A stretch of DNA of 64,000 nucleotides from an uncultured Lachnospiraceae bacterium. Its GTDB lineage: Bacteria > Bacillota > Clostridia > Lachnospirales > Lachnospiraceae. The stretch covers positions 8,119 to 72,118 of the forward strand of contig CALZBR010000007.1 in the NCBI GenBank assembly GCA_945621435.1, in the 5' to 3' direction. Under the pieces are notes generated by a model, which was not told the DNA's origin, made no database searches, and saw only the letters and a program-made list of their open reading frames with translations. The translations under genes and the position numbers were made by a program. Shown in pieces: positions 26,511-34,680 of the stretch (the first letter of the stretch is position 1; each line of letters begins with the position of its first letter).

Positions 26511-27590
26511 CTATTTTCCGGCCATCTGAGCCTTTACTTCGTCTGCGAAATTCTCCTGCTTCTTCTCCATGCCTTCACCAACCTCGAAACGCACCATTCT
26601 GGTAACAACAAGACTCTTGTTAACTGATGCAAGATACTGAGCTACAGACTGCTTACCGTCTTCAGCCTTAACATAAGTCTGGTCAAGCAGGCAAATCTCC
26701 TTCAACTGCTTGGATACGCGGCCCTCAACAAGACCGGTAAAGATCTTATCTGCTGCAATAGCAGCCTTGTCTTCCATGGCAAGCTGAGCCAGTGCATTTT
26801 TTGCTTCGTTGGAAAGGAAGTTGGGCAGATAGTTCATGTTGCTCTTCTTCTCGTTGTAGATAGCAATATCTTCTGCACTCCATACGGAACCATCTACTGC
26901 CTTGTCAATCAGCTTCTGCAAGATAGGCTTGGGAAGAGAGAAGGGATCGTTCAATGCACTCTCCAGAGTGATATCTCTCAGCTTAGCCAGCTCATCAGCG
27001 GAAATATCGTTTCTGCTGATATACTGAGGGTTCATAGCTGCAACCTGCATTGCAACATTAGTCAATGCTTCTGTAGCTGCTGCGTCGCTTGCGCCATCAG
27101 CCGCTACAAGGACACCGATTCTCCCGCCACCGTGAATATAAGTAGCAACACAATCACCGGTAACTTTCTTGAATCTTCTGATAGAAAGCTTTTCACCGAT
27201 AGTCATGGTCTTTTCTTCCAGCTGAGATTTCATATCAAGGATAGCGCATACATCCTCTCCGTCTCCTGCTTCTTCAGCTGCTACAGTGAGTGCCTTATCT
27301 GCCACGGTCTGTACGAACTCCTGGAAAGTTTCATTCTTAGCAACGAAGTCGGTCTCGGAGTTAACCTCTACAACAACTGCTGTATTGTCGGAAACAGCCA
27401 CCTTTGCAACACCTTCTGCTGCGATACGGCTGGCCTTCTTCTCCATCTTGGCTGCACCTGATTTCCTCAGCACATCAACGGCTGCATCCATATCGCCGTC
27501 GGTTTCAGCCAGAGCCTTCTTACAATCCATCATACCTGCGCCGGTCATCTCGCGCAGCTCTTTAACCATAGATGCGGTAATATTAGCCAT
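26511..27590 (-). CDS. tsf: Translation elongation factor Ts
   Basis: VKELREMTGAGMMDCKKAL, EVNSETDFVAKN, RFEVGEG; downstream of rpsB. Confidence 0.97.
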   Translation of the reverse strand: MANITASMVKELREMTGAGMMDCKKALAETDGDMDAAVDVLRKSGAAKMEKKASRIAAEGVAKVAVSDNTAVVVEVNSETDFVAKNETFQEFVQTVADKALTVAAEEAGDGEDVCAILDMKSQLEEKTMTIGEKLSIRRFKKVTGDCVATYIHGGGRIGVLVAADGASDAAATEALTNVAMQVAAMNPQYISRNDISADELAKLRDITLESALNDPFSLPKPILQKLIDKAVDGSVWSAEDIAIYNEKKSNMNYLPNFLSNEAKNALAQLAMEDKAAIAADKIFTGLVEGRVSKQLKEICLLDQTYVKAEDGKQSVAQYLASVNKSLVVTRMVRFEVGEGMEKKQENFADEVKAQMAGK

Positions 27591-27605
27591 TAAAAATATC
27601 CTCCT

Positions 27606-28361
27606 TTACTCTTCAGCCTCAGCAACCTCTTCGATATCGCTTGCTTCAGTCTCAACATCCTCAGCGGTGTAAACAGCTTCACCCTGGTTTGCTTCGATAA
27701 CAGCATCAGCCATCTTTGCAACGATGAGCTTTACGGCTCTGATAGCATCGTCATTGCCGGGGATGATGTAGTCAAGCTCTTCAGGATCACAGTTGGTATC
27801 GCCGATACCGATCAGAGTAATTCCGAGAGAATGAGCCTCCTGAACACAGATCTTCTCCTTCTTAGGGTCAACTACAAAAATAGCATCGGGGATTCTGGTC
27901 ATATTCTTGATTCCGCCCAGGTTCTTCTCAAGCTTATCCCACTCTTTTCTAAGCTCGATAACTTCCTTCTTGGGAAGTACATCAAAGGTTCCGTCCTCAG
28001 ACATCTTCTCGATTGCACGAAGTCTTGCGATACGGGACTGAATGGTCTTGAAGTTGGTAAGCATACCGCCCAGCCATCTCTCATTTACATAGTACATACC
28101 GCAACGCTCAGCCTCAGTCTTAACAGCGTCCTGAGCCTGCTTCTTGGTGCCGACAAAAAGGATGGTTCCACCCTGTGCAGCGATCTCAGAAATTGCTCTG
28201 TACGCCTCGTCAACCTTTCCTACAGACTTCTGAAGGTCGATGATGTGGATACCGTTTCTCTCTGTGAAGATGTAAGGAGCCATCTTAGGGTTCCATCTTC
28301 TGGTCTGGTGTCCGAAATGTACACCTGCTTCAAGTAACTGCTTCATTGAAATAACGCTCAT
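27606..28361 (-). CDS. rpsB: 30S ribosomal protein S2
   Basis: [42 protein letters not shown]. Confidence 0.99.
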   Translation of the reverse strand: MSVISMKQLLEAGVHFGHQTRRWNPKMAPYIFTERNGIHIIDLQKSVGKVDEAYRAISEIAAQGGTILFVGTKKQAQDAVKTEAERCGMYYVNERWLGGMLTNFKTIQSRIARLRAIEKMSEDGTFDVLPKKEVIELRKEWDKLEKNLGGIKNMTRIPDAIFVVDPKKEKICVQEAHSLGITLIGIGDTNCDPEELDYIIPGNDDAIRAVKLIVAKMADAVIEANQGEAVYTAEDVETEASDIEEVAEAEE

Positions 28362-28538
28362 TTTTTCTACCTCCGTATGGTTTTTACTTCCGCTATTCCT
28401 TTTCTGCCCCGGGCTGCGTTATTCCCACGGTTAGCTCCGATAAACACTCTGCACCGAACTGTCTCAGCCATTCAACAAACCAAGACACTTCCGGGCAAAG
28501 AACCCTCATCGAATCGGAATGCGTGTTTTTTTCACAAC
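28362..28538 (-). promoter_or_regulatory. Long structured rpsB 5' leader, probable S2 autoregulatory RNA
   Basis: About 175-nt UTR beginning ACACGCATTCC and ending GGAATAGCGGAAG, with internal pairing TGCCCGG/CCGGGCA; rpsB leaders are established autoregulatory elements. Confidence 0.6.
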
Positions 28539-28544
28539 ATTCGG

Positions 28545-28573
28545 ATTATAGCATAAGAAAACCCCTATGACAA
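28545..28573 (-). promoter_or_regulatory. sigmaA promoter of rpsB-tsf
   Basis: Minus strand TTGTCA-N17-TATAAT with extended -10 TG. Confidence 0.8.
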
Positions 28574-28583
28574 GGGGTTTTCT
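28556..28583 (-). terminator. Hairpin at the end of the fla/che operon, overlapping the rpsB promoter
   Basis: AGAAAACCCCT-atgaca-AGGGGTTTTCT perfect 11-bp stem. Confidence 0.7.
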
Positions 28584-28645
28584 GACTTTTTGCGTTATCT
28601 TTTGCATTTTCTTTTTCATTTTCGCAGCGATGTCATCCTATGGGT

Positions 28646-29233
28646 TTATTCCGCTCCGATGATTATTTGGGCAATCCGTTCCCGGGAAGTACCCATCAAA
28701 ATCCTGTATGTTCCAATCCGAATCCTCGTTGCATAGCCGGCATTGACAAGATATCTGTCAAATGCGCCGGCATCCTCAACCAACCCCGCCTCCGCCAGAA
28801 TACGGCTGACGGTATCTGAACTATAACCCTTATTTACCACTATGGTTACATATGATTCTTCTTCTGAAGGATTTGTACTCTGACTCTCTTCCGGTTCTTT
28901 GCTTCCTTCCGGTTCTCTGCTCTCTTCCGGTTCTTTGCTTCCTTCCGGTTCTCTGCTCTCTTCCGGTTCTTTGCTTTCTTCCGGTTCTCTGCTCTCTTCC
29001 GGTTCCTGATTCTCTGGAGTATCCCGGTCAGACTGTGTACTGCCCGGCTGTCGAATATCCGAAAGCTGTACGGAATCACTTTCCACCATTCCCAGCGCCT
29101 TGGCCCTCGCTTTTATCTCAGCGTCTGTCAGTGGCAGACGTTCTCTTGTCGCAAATCCCATTAAAAGGGCTGTAACAACAATTCCGATTCCCAGCCCTCT
29201 CAAGTAATATTTTAATTTCAATTGATGCCTCAT
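28646..29233 (-). CDS. Membrane-anchored protein with acidic repeat linker and YceG/MltG N-terminal-like domain (no catalytic domain)
   Basis: YYLRGLGIG TM, DAEIKARAKALGM, (EPEESR/K)n, GYSSDTVSRILAEAGLVEDAGAFDRYL...IRIGTYRI. Confidence 0.7.
   Translation of the reverse strand: MRHQLKLKYYLRGLGIGIVVTALLMGFATRERLPLTDAEIKARAKALGMVESDSVQLSDIRQPGSTQSDRDTPENQEPEESREPEESKEPEESREPEGSKEPEESREPEGSKEPEESQSTNPSEEESYVTIVVNKGYSSDTVSRILAEAGLVEDAGAFDRYLVNAGYATRIRIGTYRILMGTSRERIAQIIIGAE
28880..29005 (-). repeat. Coding 18-bp tandem repeat x7 encoding EPE(E/G)S(R/K/Q)
   Basis: Seven units such as GAACCGGAAGAGAGCAGA / GAACCGGAAGGAAGCAAA. Confidence 0.95.
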
Positions 29234-29943
29234 TTCTGTTGATTCCGGAACAGATCAATAACCAGTTTCACTTCCCCAACACCAAGTCCCAGCTCTCTTG
29301 CGATCACAACATCGGATTTGCCCCGGTTATGCAATTCCAGTATCCTCCGGTTACTATTTCGTCTCTCTGCGTCTGTTTCCGGTATAATACTGTCGGTATC
29401 GGAAAAGGAGCTTTCTGTTTTTCTCTCCATTCCTGTATTTTCAATACTCTTTCTGCCGGACTCGGATGCTTTCTCTGCCTCCTGCATCATCCCGTCATCT
29501 TCCCTAAGTTGCGGTGCCATTCTCTGAAGCCCCGTCACCGCTTCTTCTGCCTCTTTTACAGTCTTGTTGACTTCGGAAACCGTATTTTTAAGGTTCGTAT
29601 GCTTGCTGTTAAGCATGTCATAGAGAAATATCGCTTCCTCGTGGTTTTTGTGTATCTCCGACAGTACGGTATCCGAATACTCACTGACCGCCATAATCTT
29701 TTCATTTGACAGACGTTCCAGAGACCGTTCTGTCTTTTCCATTGCATAATTCACAGCTTCATCCACTACTTCGTCGACATGACTTCGAACCTTGTCCATT
29801 TCGTCCGCAACCAGGCTCGATATCTCTTCCCTGGCTGCTTCCTTCGTCTGAACGGAGCTCCCCGTCTTTCTCTCAGGAATGAAAAAGCTCAATATAAAAA
29901 TAATCCCTCCTGCTACCAACAGGACAATCTCCATAATCTCCAT
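29230..29943 (-). CDS. Single-pass membrane protein with coiled coil and C-terminal HTH-like segment (DUF6115/SwrB-like)
   Basis: N-terminal TM; C-terminal ILELHNRGKSDVVIARELGLGVGEVKLVIDLF; lies between the sigma28 gene and rpsB, as Bacillus swrB does. Confidence 0.6.
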   Translation of the reverse strand: MEIMEIVLLVAGGIIFILSFFIPERKTGSSVQTKEAAREEISSLVADEMDKVRSHVDEVVDEAVNYAMEKTERSLERLSNEKIMAVSEYSDTVLSEIHKNHEEAIFLYDMLNSKHTNLKNTVSEVNKTVKEAEEAVTGLQRMAPQLREDDGMMQEAEKASESGRKSIENTGMERKTESSFSDTDSIIPETDAERRNSNRRILELHNRGKSDVVIARELGLGVGEVKLVIDLFRNQQK

Positions 29944-29959
29944 CCGTTACTACTCTCGC

Positions 29960-30265
29960 TTAAATCCTGATATCAAACCCGGTGCGTCCCTTTACAACAA
30001 CACGTTCTTCTTTTTGTTTCTCCCTTTTTGCACCGCCATCCCCATTGTATTCATTCCTGCCCTTTTCTCTGGCATCATGCTGATCCCTATGCCACTGTGC
30101 GTTATCACTGCTGTGAATCTCCCGGTTCTTTCGGTTCTCATTCTTTTCAACCTGAATCTGCCCGTTTGCCTGGCTCAGGGCAGCTTTGTTGTCTTCGTTT
30201 TGTTTTATGGAAGAATAGTCCTGGGATCTTGATATTGTTGTTAATTCGATTGCACCAAATGCCAT
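29960..30265 (-). CDS. Hypothetical protein of the flagellar operon tail
   Basis: Co-oriented ORF ending GTGFDIRI; start MAFG preferred. Confidence 0.65.
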   Translation of the reverse strand: MAFGAIELTTISRSQDYSSIKQNEDNKAALSQANGQIQVEKNENRKNREIHSSDNAQWHRDQHDAREKGRNEYNGDGGAKREKQKEERVVVKGRTGFDIRI

Positions 30266-30287
30266 AGTTTTCTTATCAGGCAAATAT

Positions 30288-31877
30288 CTACATAGCTGCC
30301 ATACAGACTTCGCCCTTCTCCTTTACAAACTTGCAATAATGGTATTCCGTCTGAATCGTTTTGATTGCATCTCCAATAATAATTGTAGTACCCGGATAAA
30401 TAATATCCATCACAACAACTTCAGCGCTTTTCTGGGTTTCCATCACGCTGCGAAACCGATTCAGCTTCTCATTCAATCTGCCGGCTTCCGCCGTCTTATC
30501 TTCAATCATCTGAGCCACCGTTTTCATGTACTTCACCTGGCTCTCGGTGAACTTAACGCCCTTCTTGAGCTTCTCCGTAAAGTTCTCCAATATCACTCTG
30601 GCGTCCTTTATGGTCTTTTCGTTTTCTTCTATTCCCTTCTGCAGTCTTACTACCTGCTCCTTAATCAGAGGATTCACTCCTACTTCCAGAATCGTGGAAG
30701 CACCCATGTTAGCTCCTATCGTCCTCGCTGACACTCCCTGAGCCGCCTGTACATGACCGCCTACAATGACACCTCTCCGGCCTTCCACCCTGACATCTGC
30801 TCCTGCGGAAATATGGCTGTGCATGATTGCCTCGGTCTGTACATAGCCCCCGGCAACAACCCTGGCATTCTCTAAGAACTTCACTACCACATCCCTGCCT
30901 GCCTTGAGGAAGCCCTTACCCATACCATTCATACCCTTGGCAATGATAATGTTGCCTCCTGCCGTGATTTTAGCCCCTTCTACAAGACCATTTACAATAA
31001 CATCCCCACCGGCCTTTACTTCAAAATTCTCCGCAACATATCCTTCTATCTCTATGCTGCCTTCAAAATCAATATTTCCGGTGGAAACGTCCACATTTTT
31101 CACCTGGAAGATGCTGGAGACAAAGACCTTATCCTCCACAAGAGATACATGTCCGTCGACCATGGAACGTATCTCTCTTCTGTCTTCTGAGAGTTCAATA
31201 TTTCTTCCGTATTTGAGTGTCTGCCGCTTCACATCCCTGGGTACAATGGGTTGTCCAAAAACATTGTAGCCTGTTTCCCCGGGATCTTCGGGAATGATTC
31301 TGGCCAGTAATTCTCCCTTCTTACATTGATGAATGGTGGTCATCTGGAAATAATCCACACTTCCGTCTTCTCTCATCAGGGGACGCTTATGCATATCCGT
31401 GTCAAAATAATACTCTATCCTGGCATCATACCCCTGTACGGCATCCTTGCCTTCCGCAACCACAACTTCCGTACAATAAACTCCTTCTGATTCAAAATGC
31501 TTCTTTAGCTCCTCTTCACGGATACCAAAAATAATATTGCGAAAACGCAGATCCTTAAGGAAATCCGCAAAAGTCATTCGTTTTCCGGTCTCCGAAGCTG
31601 CAATAAAACGAACTGTTACCTTCATCTTGTCGTCTGAGACAGACAGATTGTAGGTCTCAGGTATCTCCGGACACTTGCCGATGCCAAGAGCACAAAAGCC
31701 ATCCCCATCTCCCAGAACAATAGCTTCCAGCTTCTTCACATCATAAGAGAGACCAAATCCGCTCAGGTATGTTTTGATCTCCTCAAGCTTTACCGGTTCC
31801 CCGCCCTCGCCTGCCCGGTAGATTGCCAATCCGTATTTATCATTTTGACTCACCAATTGAAAAAAACCGTTTTTCAT
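30288..31877 (-). CDS. DUF342/FapA family protein
   Basis: DGSVDY, VDVSTGNIDFEGSIEIEGYV, repeated AGGDV/AGGNI beta-helix motifs, IYPGTTIIIG; follows fliA. Confidence 0.85.
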   Translation of the reverse strand: MKNGFFQLVSQNDKYGLAIYRAGEGGEPVKLEEIKTYLSGFGLSYDVKKLEAIVLGDGDGFCALGIGKCPEIPETYNLSVSDDKMKVTVRFIAASETGKRMTFADFLKDLRFRNIIFGIREEELKKHFESEGVYCTEVVVAEGKDAVQGYDARIEYYFDTDMHKRPLMREDGSVDYFQMTTIHQCKKGELLARIIPEDPGETGYNVFGQPIVPRDVKRQTLKYGRNIELSEDRREIRSMVDGHVSLVEDKVFVSSIFQVKNVDVSTGNIDFEGSIEIEGYVAENFEVKAGGDVIVNGLVEGAKITAGGNIIIAKGMNGMGKGFLKAGRDVVVKFLENARVVAGGYVQTEAIMHSHISAGADVRVEGRRGVIVGGHVQAAQGVSARTIGANMGASTILEVGVNPLIKEQVVRLQKGIEENEKTIKDARVILENFTEKLKKGVKFTESQVKYMKTVAQMIEDKTAEAGRLNEKLNRFRSVMETQKSAEVVVMDIIYPGTTIIIGDAIKTIQTEYHYCKFVKEKGEVCMAAM

Positions 31878-31927
31878 TTTACCCCACCTGACCAATGATC
31901 TGACTGGTCTTCCGACGAGTCATTTGA

Positions 31928-32701
31928 CTAATTATCTGACAAAATACCCATGTATGCTCCCATCTTCGTCTTCATCTTCTGCAATGCCCTTGTATGAAGC
32001 TGAGAGACTCTGGATTCCGATACCTCCAGAACACTACTTATTTCCTTCAGCGTAAGCTCCTCGTAATAATAAAGCGTAATCACTTTCTGTTCCTTCTCTG
32101 TCAAAAGCTGCAACGCTTCCCCAAGCACCCTGGTCAGCTCCTCTTTTTCCACATGTTCTTCCGGTGCTTCGAATCTGGAGGCTGTATGTTTCCCGGCCTC
32201 TTGAGACACATCGCTTCCCTGTTCCATATATTCATTCAGTGAAACCACTCCGGTGACCTTCATCTGGGACTGCCATTCCATGTACTCATCCTCTGAAATG
32301 CCCAGTCCTTCAGCAATCTCTTCATCAGTCGCTGTGCGGCCGGTATTCTGTTCTATCTCACGAATCACCGTATCAATCTTCTTTTGTCTTTGTCTGATGG
32401 TTCTTGGAATCCAATCCATCTTGCGAATCTGGTCTAAAATGGCTCCCCTGATTCTGAGGCTTGCATACGTTTCAAACTTAACCTCCTTGAAACAATCAAA
32501 CTTATCTATCGCATCAATCAGACCAAAGATGCCATAGCTCACCAAATCTTCATATTCCACATTATATCCCAGATACATACTCAGTCTTCCGGCAACCACC
32601 TTCACAAGCGGAGCATATTCCAGTATGATTTTTTCCCTTATCTCGGGAGTTTTTGCTTTAGCATACTCTTCCAACAGTTTTTTTCTTCCTGCTTCATCCA
32701 T
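31928..32701 (-). CDS. fliA: Flagellar sigma factor sigma28 (FliA/SigD)
   Basis: DLVSYGIFGLIDAIDKFD, FETYASLRIRGAILDQIRKMDWIPR, VSESRVSQLH. Confidence 0.95.
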   Translation of the reverse strand: MDEAGRKKLLEEYAKAKTPEIREKIILEYAPLVKVVAGRLSMYLGYNVEYEDLVSYGIFGLIDAIDKFDCFKEVKFETYASLRIRGAILDQIRKMDWIPRTIRQRQKKIDTVIREIEQNTGRTATDEEIAEGLGISEDEYMEWQSQMKVTGVVSLNEYMEQGSDVSQEAGKHTASRFEAPEEHVEKEELTRVLGEALQLLTEKEQKVITLYYYEELTLKEISSVLEVSESRVSQLHTRALQKMKTKMGAYMGILSDN

Positions 32702-32722
32702 AAAACTGCCGCTCCTTTCCCG

Positions 32723-32986
32723 TTACCTCGGGCTTACCTTATCCGTATCGGATTCCTGTGCCTCTTTTTCGATTACCATGCCTTCTTCGTTTTGTTTTTT
32801 CTCGTTCTGTTCCTCAAAATAGCTCAGAGTCCATACCAGTATGCATCCCAGAACATAAAACAGAAGCATTACAAAAAAGAGCAACGTCACCTTCTTTAAA
32901 ATAGAAAACTTCTGCAAAAAGGTTATGATACAGGTAACCGCTCCCGCTACGAGCATCAAAACCATCGGAAAGTTCTTTTTGTTCAT
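32723..32986 (-). CDS. Small two-TM membrane protein, hypothetical
   Basis: Two hydrophobic segments and an acidic tail; RBS GAGGACAGG; in operon. Confidence 0.75.
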   Translation of the reverse strand: MNKKNFPMVLMLVAGAVTCIITFLQKFSILKKVTLLFFVMLLFYVLGCILVWTLSYFEEQNEKKQNEEGMVIEKEAQESDTDKVSPR

Positions 32987-33003
32987 TTTATACCTGTCCT
33001 CTG

Positions 33004-33492
33004 TCAGATAATATATTCAGGCTTACCTACCGCACGGATAATGAAATCTCCGGTCTCCGGGTAGAATATAACGGTTCGCCCGAAATTAGCCCCTGTGTCT
33101 TCTGACAGAATGGGAATCCTTAATTCTCTCAGCTTCACTTTGGTAGCTTCCACATTTCGCTCTCCTACCTGTCCCAGGGTACCGCTTCCCTGAAAATTGA
33201 ACATGGTAGCACCACCCGCAATCTTAGCCACCATCCGGCTACGCATTGCACCCAATCTTTCCATTTGTCTGACAAGTTCTTCAATGCCCGTATCGGCAAA
33301 CTTTGCAATATTTTGCTGACTGTTCTTGATTGCTGTGCTGTCCGGCAGCATAATATGTGCCAGACCTCCGATTTTTGTCTGTGGATCTCTGATTGCAATT
33401 CCGACACACGAGCCAAGTCCCAGGGTCGTTATACCATTGGGACTGATGCAGGTTTTTAAATCTGCCATTCCAACTTTAATAATCTCACTCAT
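33004..33492 (-). CDS. cheD: Chemoreceptor glutamine deamidase CheD
   Basis: TLGLGSCVG, GGLAHIMLP, KFADT, AKIAGGA, EDTG. Confidence 0.95.
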   Translation of the reverse strand: MSEIIKVGMADLKTCISPNGITTLGLGSCVGIAIRDPQTKIGGLAHIMLPDSTAIKNSQQNIAKFADTGIEELVRQMERLGAMRSRMVAKIAGGATMFNFQGSGTLGQVGERNVEATKVKLRELRIPILSEDTGANFGRTVIFYPETGDFIIRAVGKPEYII

Positions 33493-33531
33493 GATTCATT
33501 CTCATTTCTCATGTTATCAGTGTATCGTACT

Positions 33532-34155
33532 TCAGAATACCGGCATTCCCAATGCTCCTAGTATCTTTGCATAGGATTCCATATCGGGAATCAGAATAAA
33601 ATACCCGTCCAATTCGATTTCATCGTAAAACTGGGACTCAATCATCAATATCTTATCCCCCAGCACGCCAAACTGAATCGCCGGTACACTTAAAATCGCA
33701 CCTGCCATATCCACTGTCAGCGCCGGAGGGGTCGGATAAATCTTTAGATTGGTCAGTGTCGACAGGGAATTCAGATAAGCACCGGTAATGATATTACCGA
33801 CTTCCTTCATCGCTGATAATCCCATCTCCTCAAACTCGCTTCCCGCAGGTAACATTCCCATAGTAATCTTCTGGATCAGATGTCTCGCACTGGCTTCTTC
33901 CACCATAAACATCATACTGCCGGAAATATCACCTTCCACGCCAAGGAACACTCCAACCATGATCTGCTCCTCACCGCCTATCATATCCCCCACTTCCCGG
34001 AATTCAAGCAGTCTGACTCTGGGAACCTTCATATCTACTTTACACTGAATCAATTGAGACAGTGCCGTCATTGCATTTCCGGCACCAATGTTACCGATTT
34101 CCCTCAGGACATCGTAATATTGCTCTGTAACCTGTTCTAAGCTTAATTCTGCCAT
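33532..34155 (-). CDS. cheC: CheY-P phosphatase CheC
   Basis: Two D/S-x3-E-x2-N motifs: DVLREIGN and SAMKEVGN. Confidence 0.93.
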   Translation of the reverse strand: MAELSLEQVTEQYYDVLREIGNIGAGNAMTALSQLIQCKVDMKVPRVRLLEFREVGDMIGGEEQIMVGVFLGVEGDISGSMMFMVEEASARHLIQKITMGMLPAGSEFEEMGLSAMKEVGNIITGAYLNSLSTLTNLKIYPTPPALTVDMAGAILSVPAIQFGVLGDKILMIESQFYDEIELDGYFILIPDMESYAKILGALGMPVF

Positions 34156-34174
34156 GGATTTTCTCCTTTGTTAA

Positions 34175-34663
34175 TTAATTGCCCTCTAACGAAACAGCAT
34201 TCAGGTCAACCAATGAGATAAGCTCACCGTTATGTTTTCCGACAGCGCTGATCAGTCCTGATTTTTCTTCCTGAGACTGGTATGTAAGACTCTCTATTTC
34301 ATTCGAAGTAAGTGTTACTACCTCCTTTACTTCGTCCACCAAAAATCCCACATTACCTTCCTGTTCCAGCTTTAACACGATAATTCTGGTCTGTTTTGTA
34401 ATCTCACCCTTATCCAGTCCCATCTTCAGTCGCATGCTCACCACGGGAATAACTTCACCACGCATGTTGATGACTCCCAAAAGATAATCCGGCATTTTGG
34501 GAATTCTTGTAATGGTCTGCATTCTGACAATATTATCTATACTTTGAATATTAATTCCGTATTGTTCCTCCCCCAGCCGAAGGACAATGTACTGAGCTGT
34601 TTCTATTGAACTATTATCTTCTTTTACAGCCAGACCGGTCTCTGTATTTGTACTAAGCTCCAT
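34175..34663 (-). CDS. cheW: Chemotaxis coupling protein CheW
   Basis: ITRIP..PDYLLGVINMRGEVIPVV, GFLVDEVKEV. Confidence 0.95.
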   Translation of the reverse strand: MELSTNTETGLAVKEDNSSIETAQYIVLRLGEEQYGINIQSIDNIVRMQTITRIPKMPDYLLGVINMRGEVIPVVSMRLKMGLDKGEITKQTRIIVLKLEQEGNVGFLVDEVKEVVTLTSNEIESLTYQSQEEKSGLISAVGKHNGELISLVDLNAVSLEGN

Positions 34664-34680
34664 TTCCTGTTCCCCCTTCG

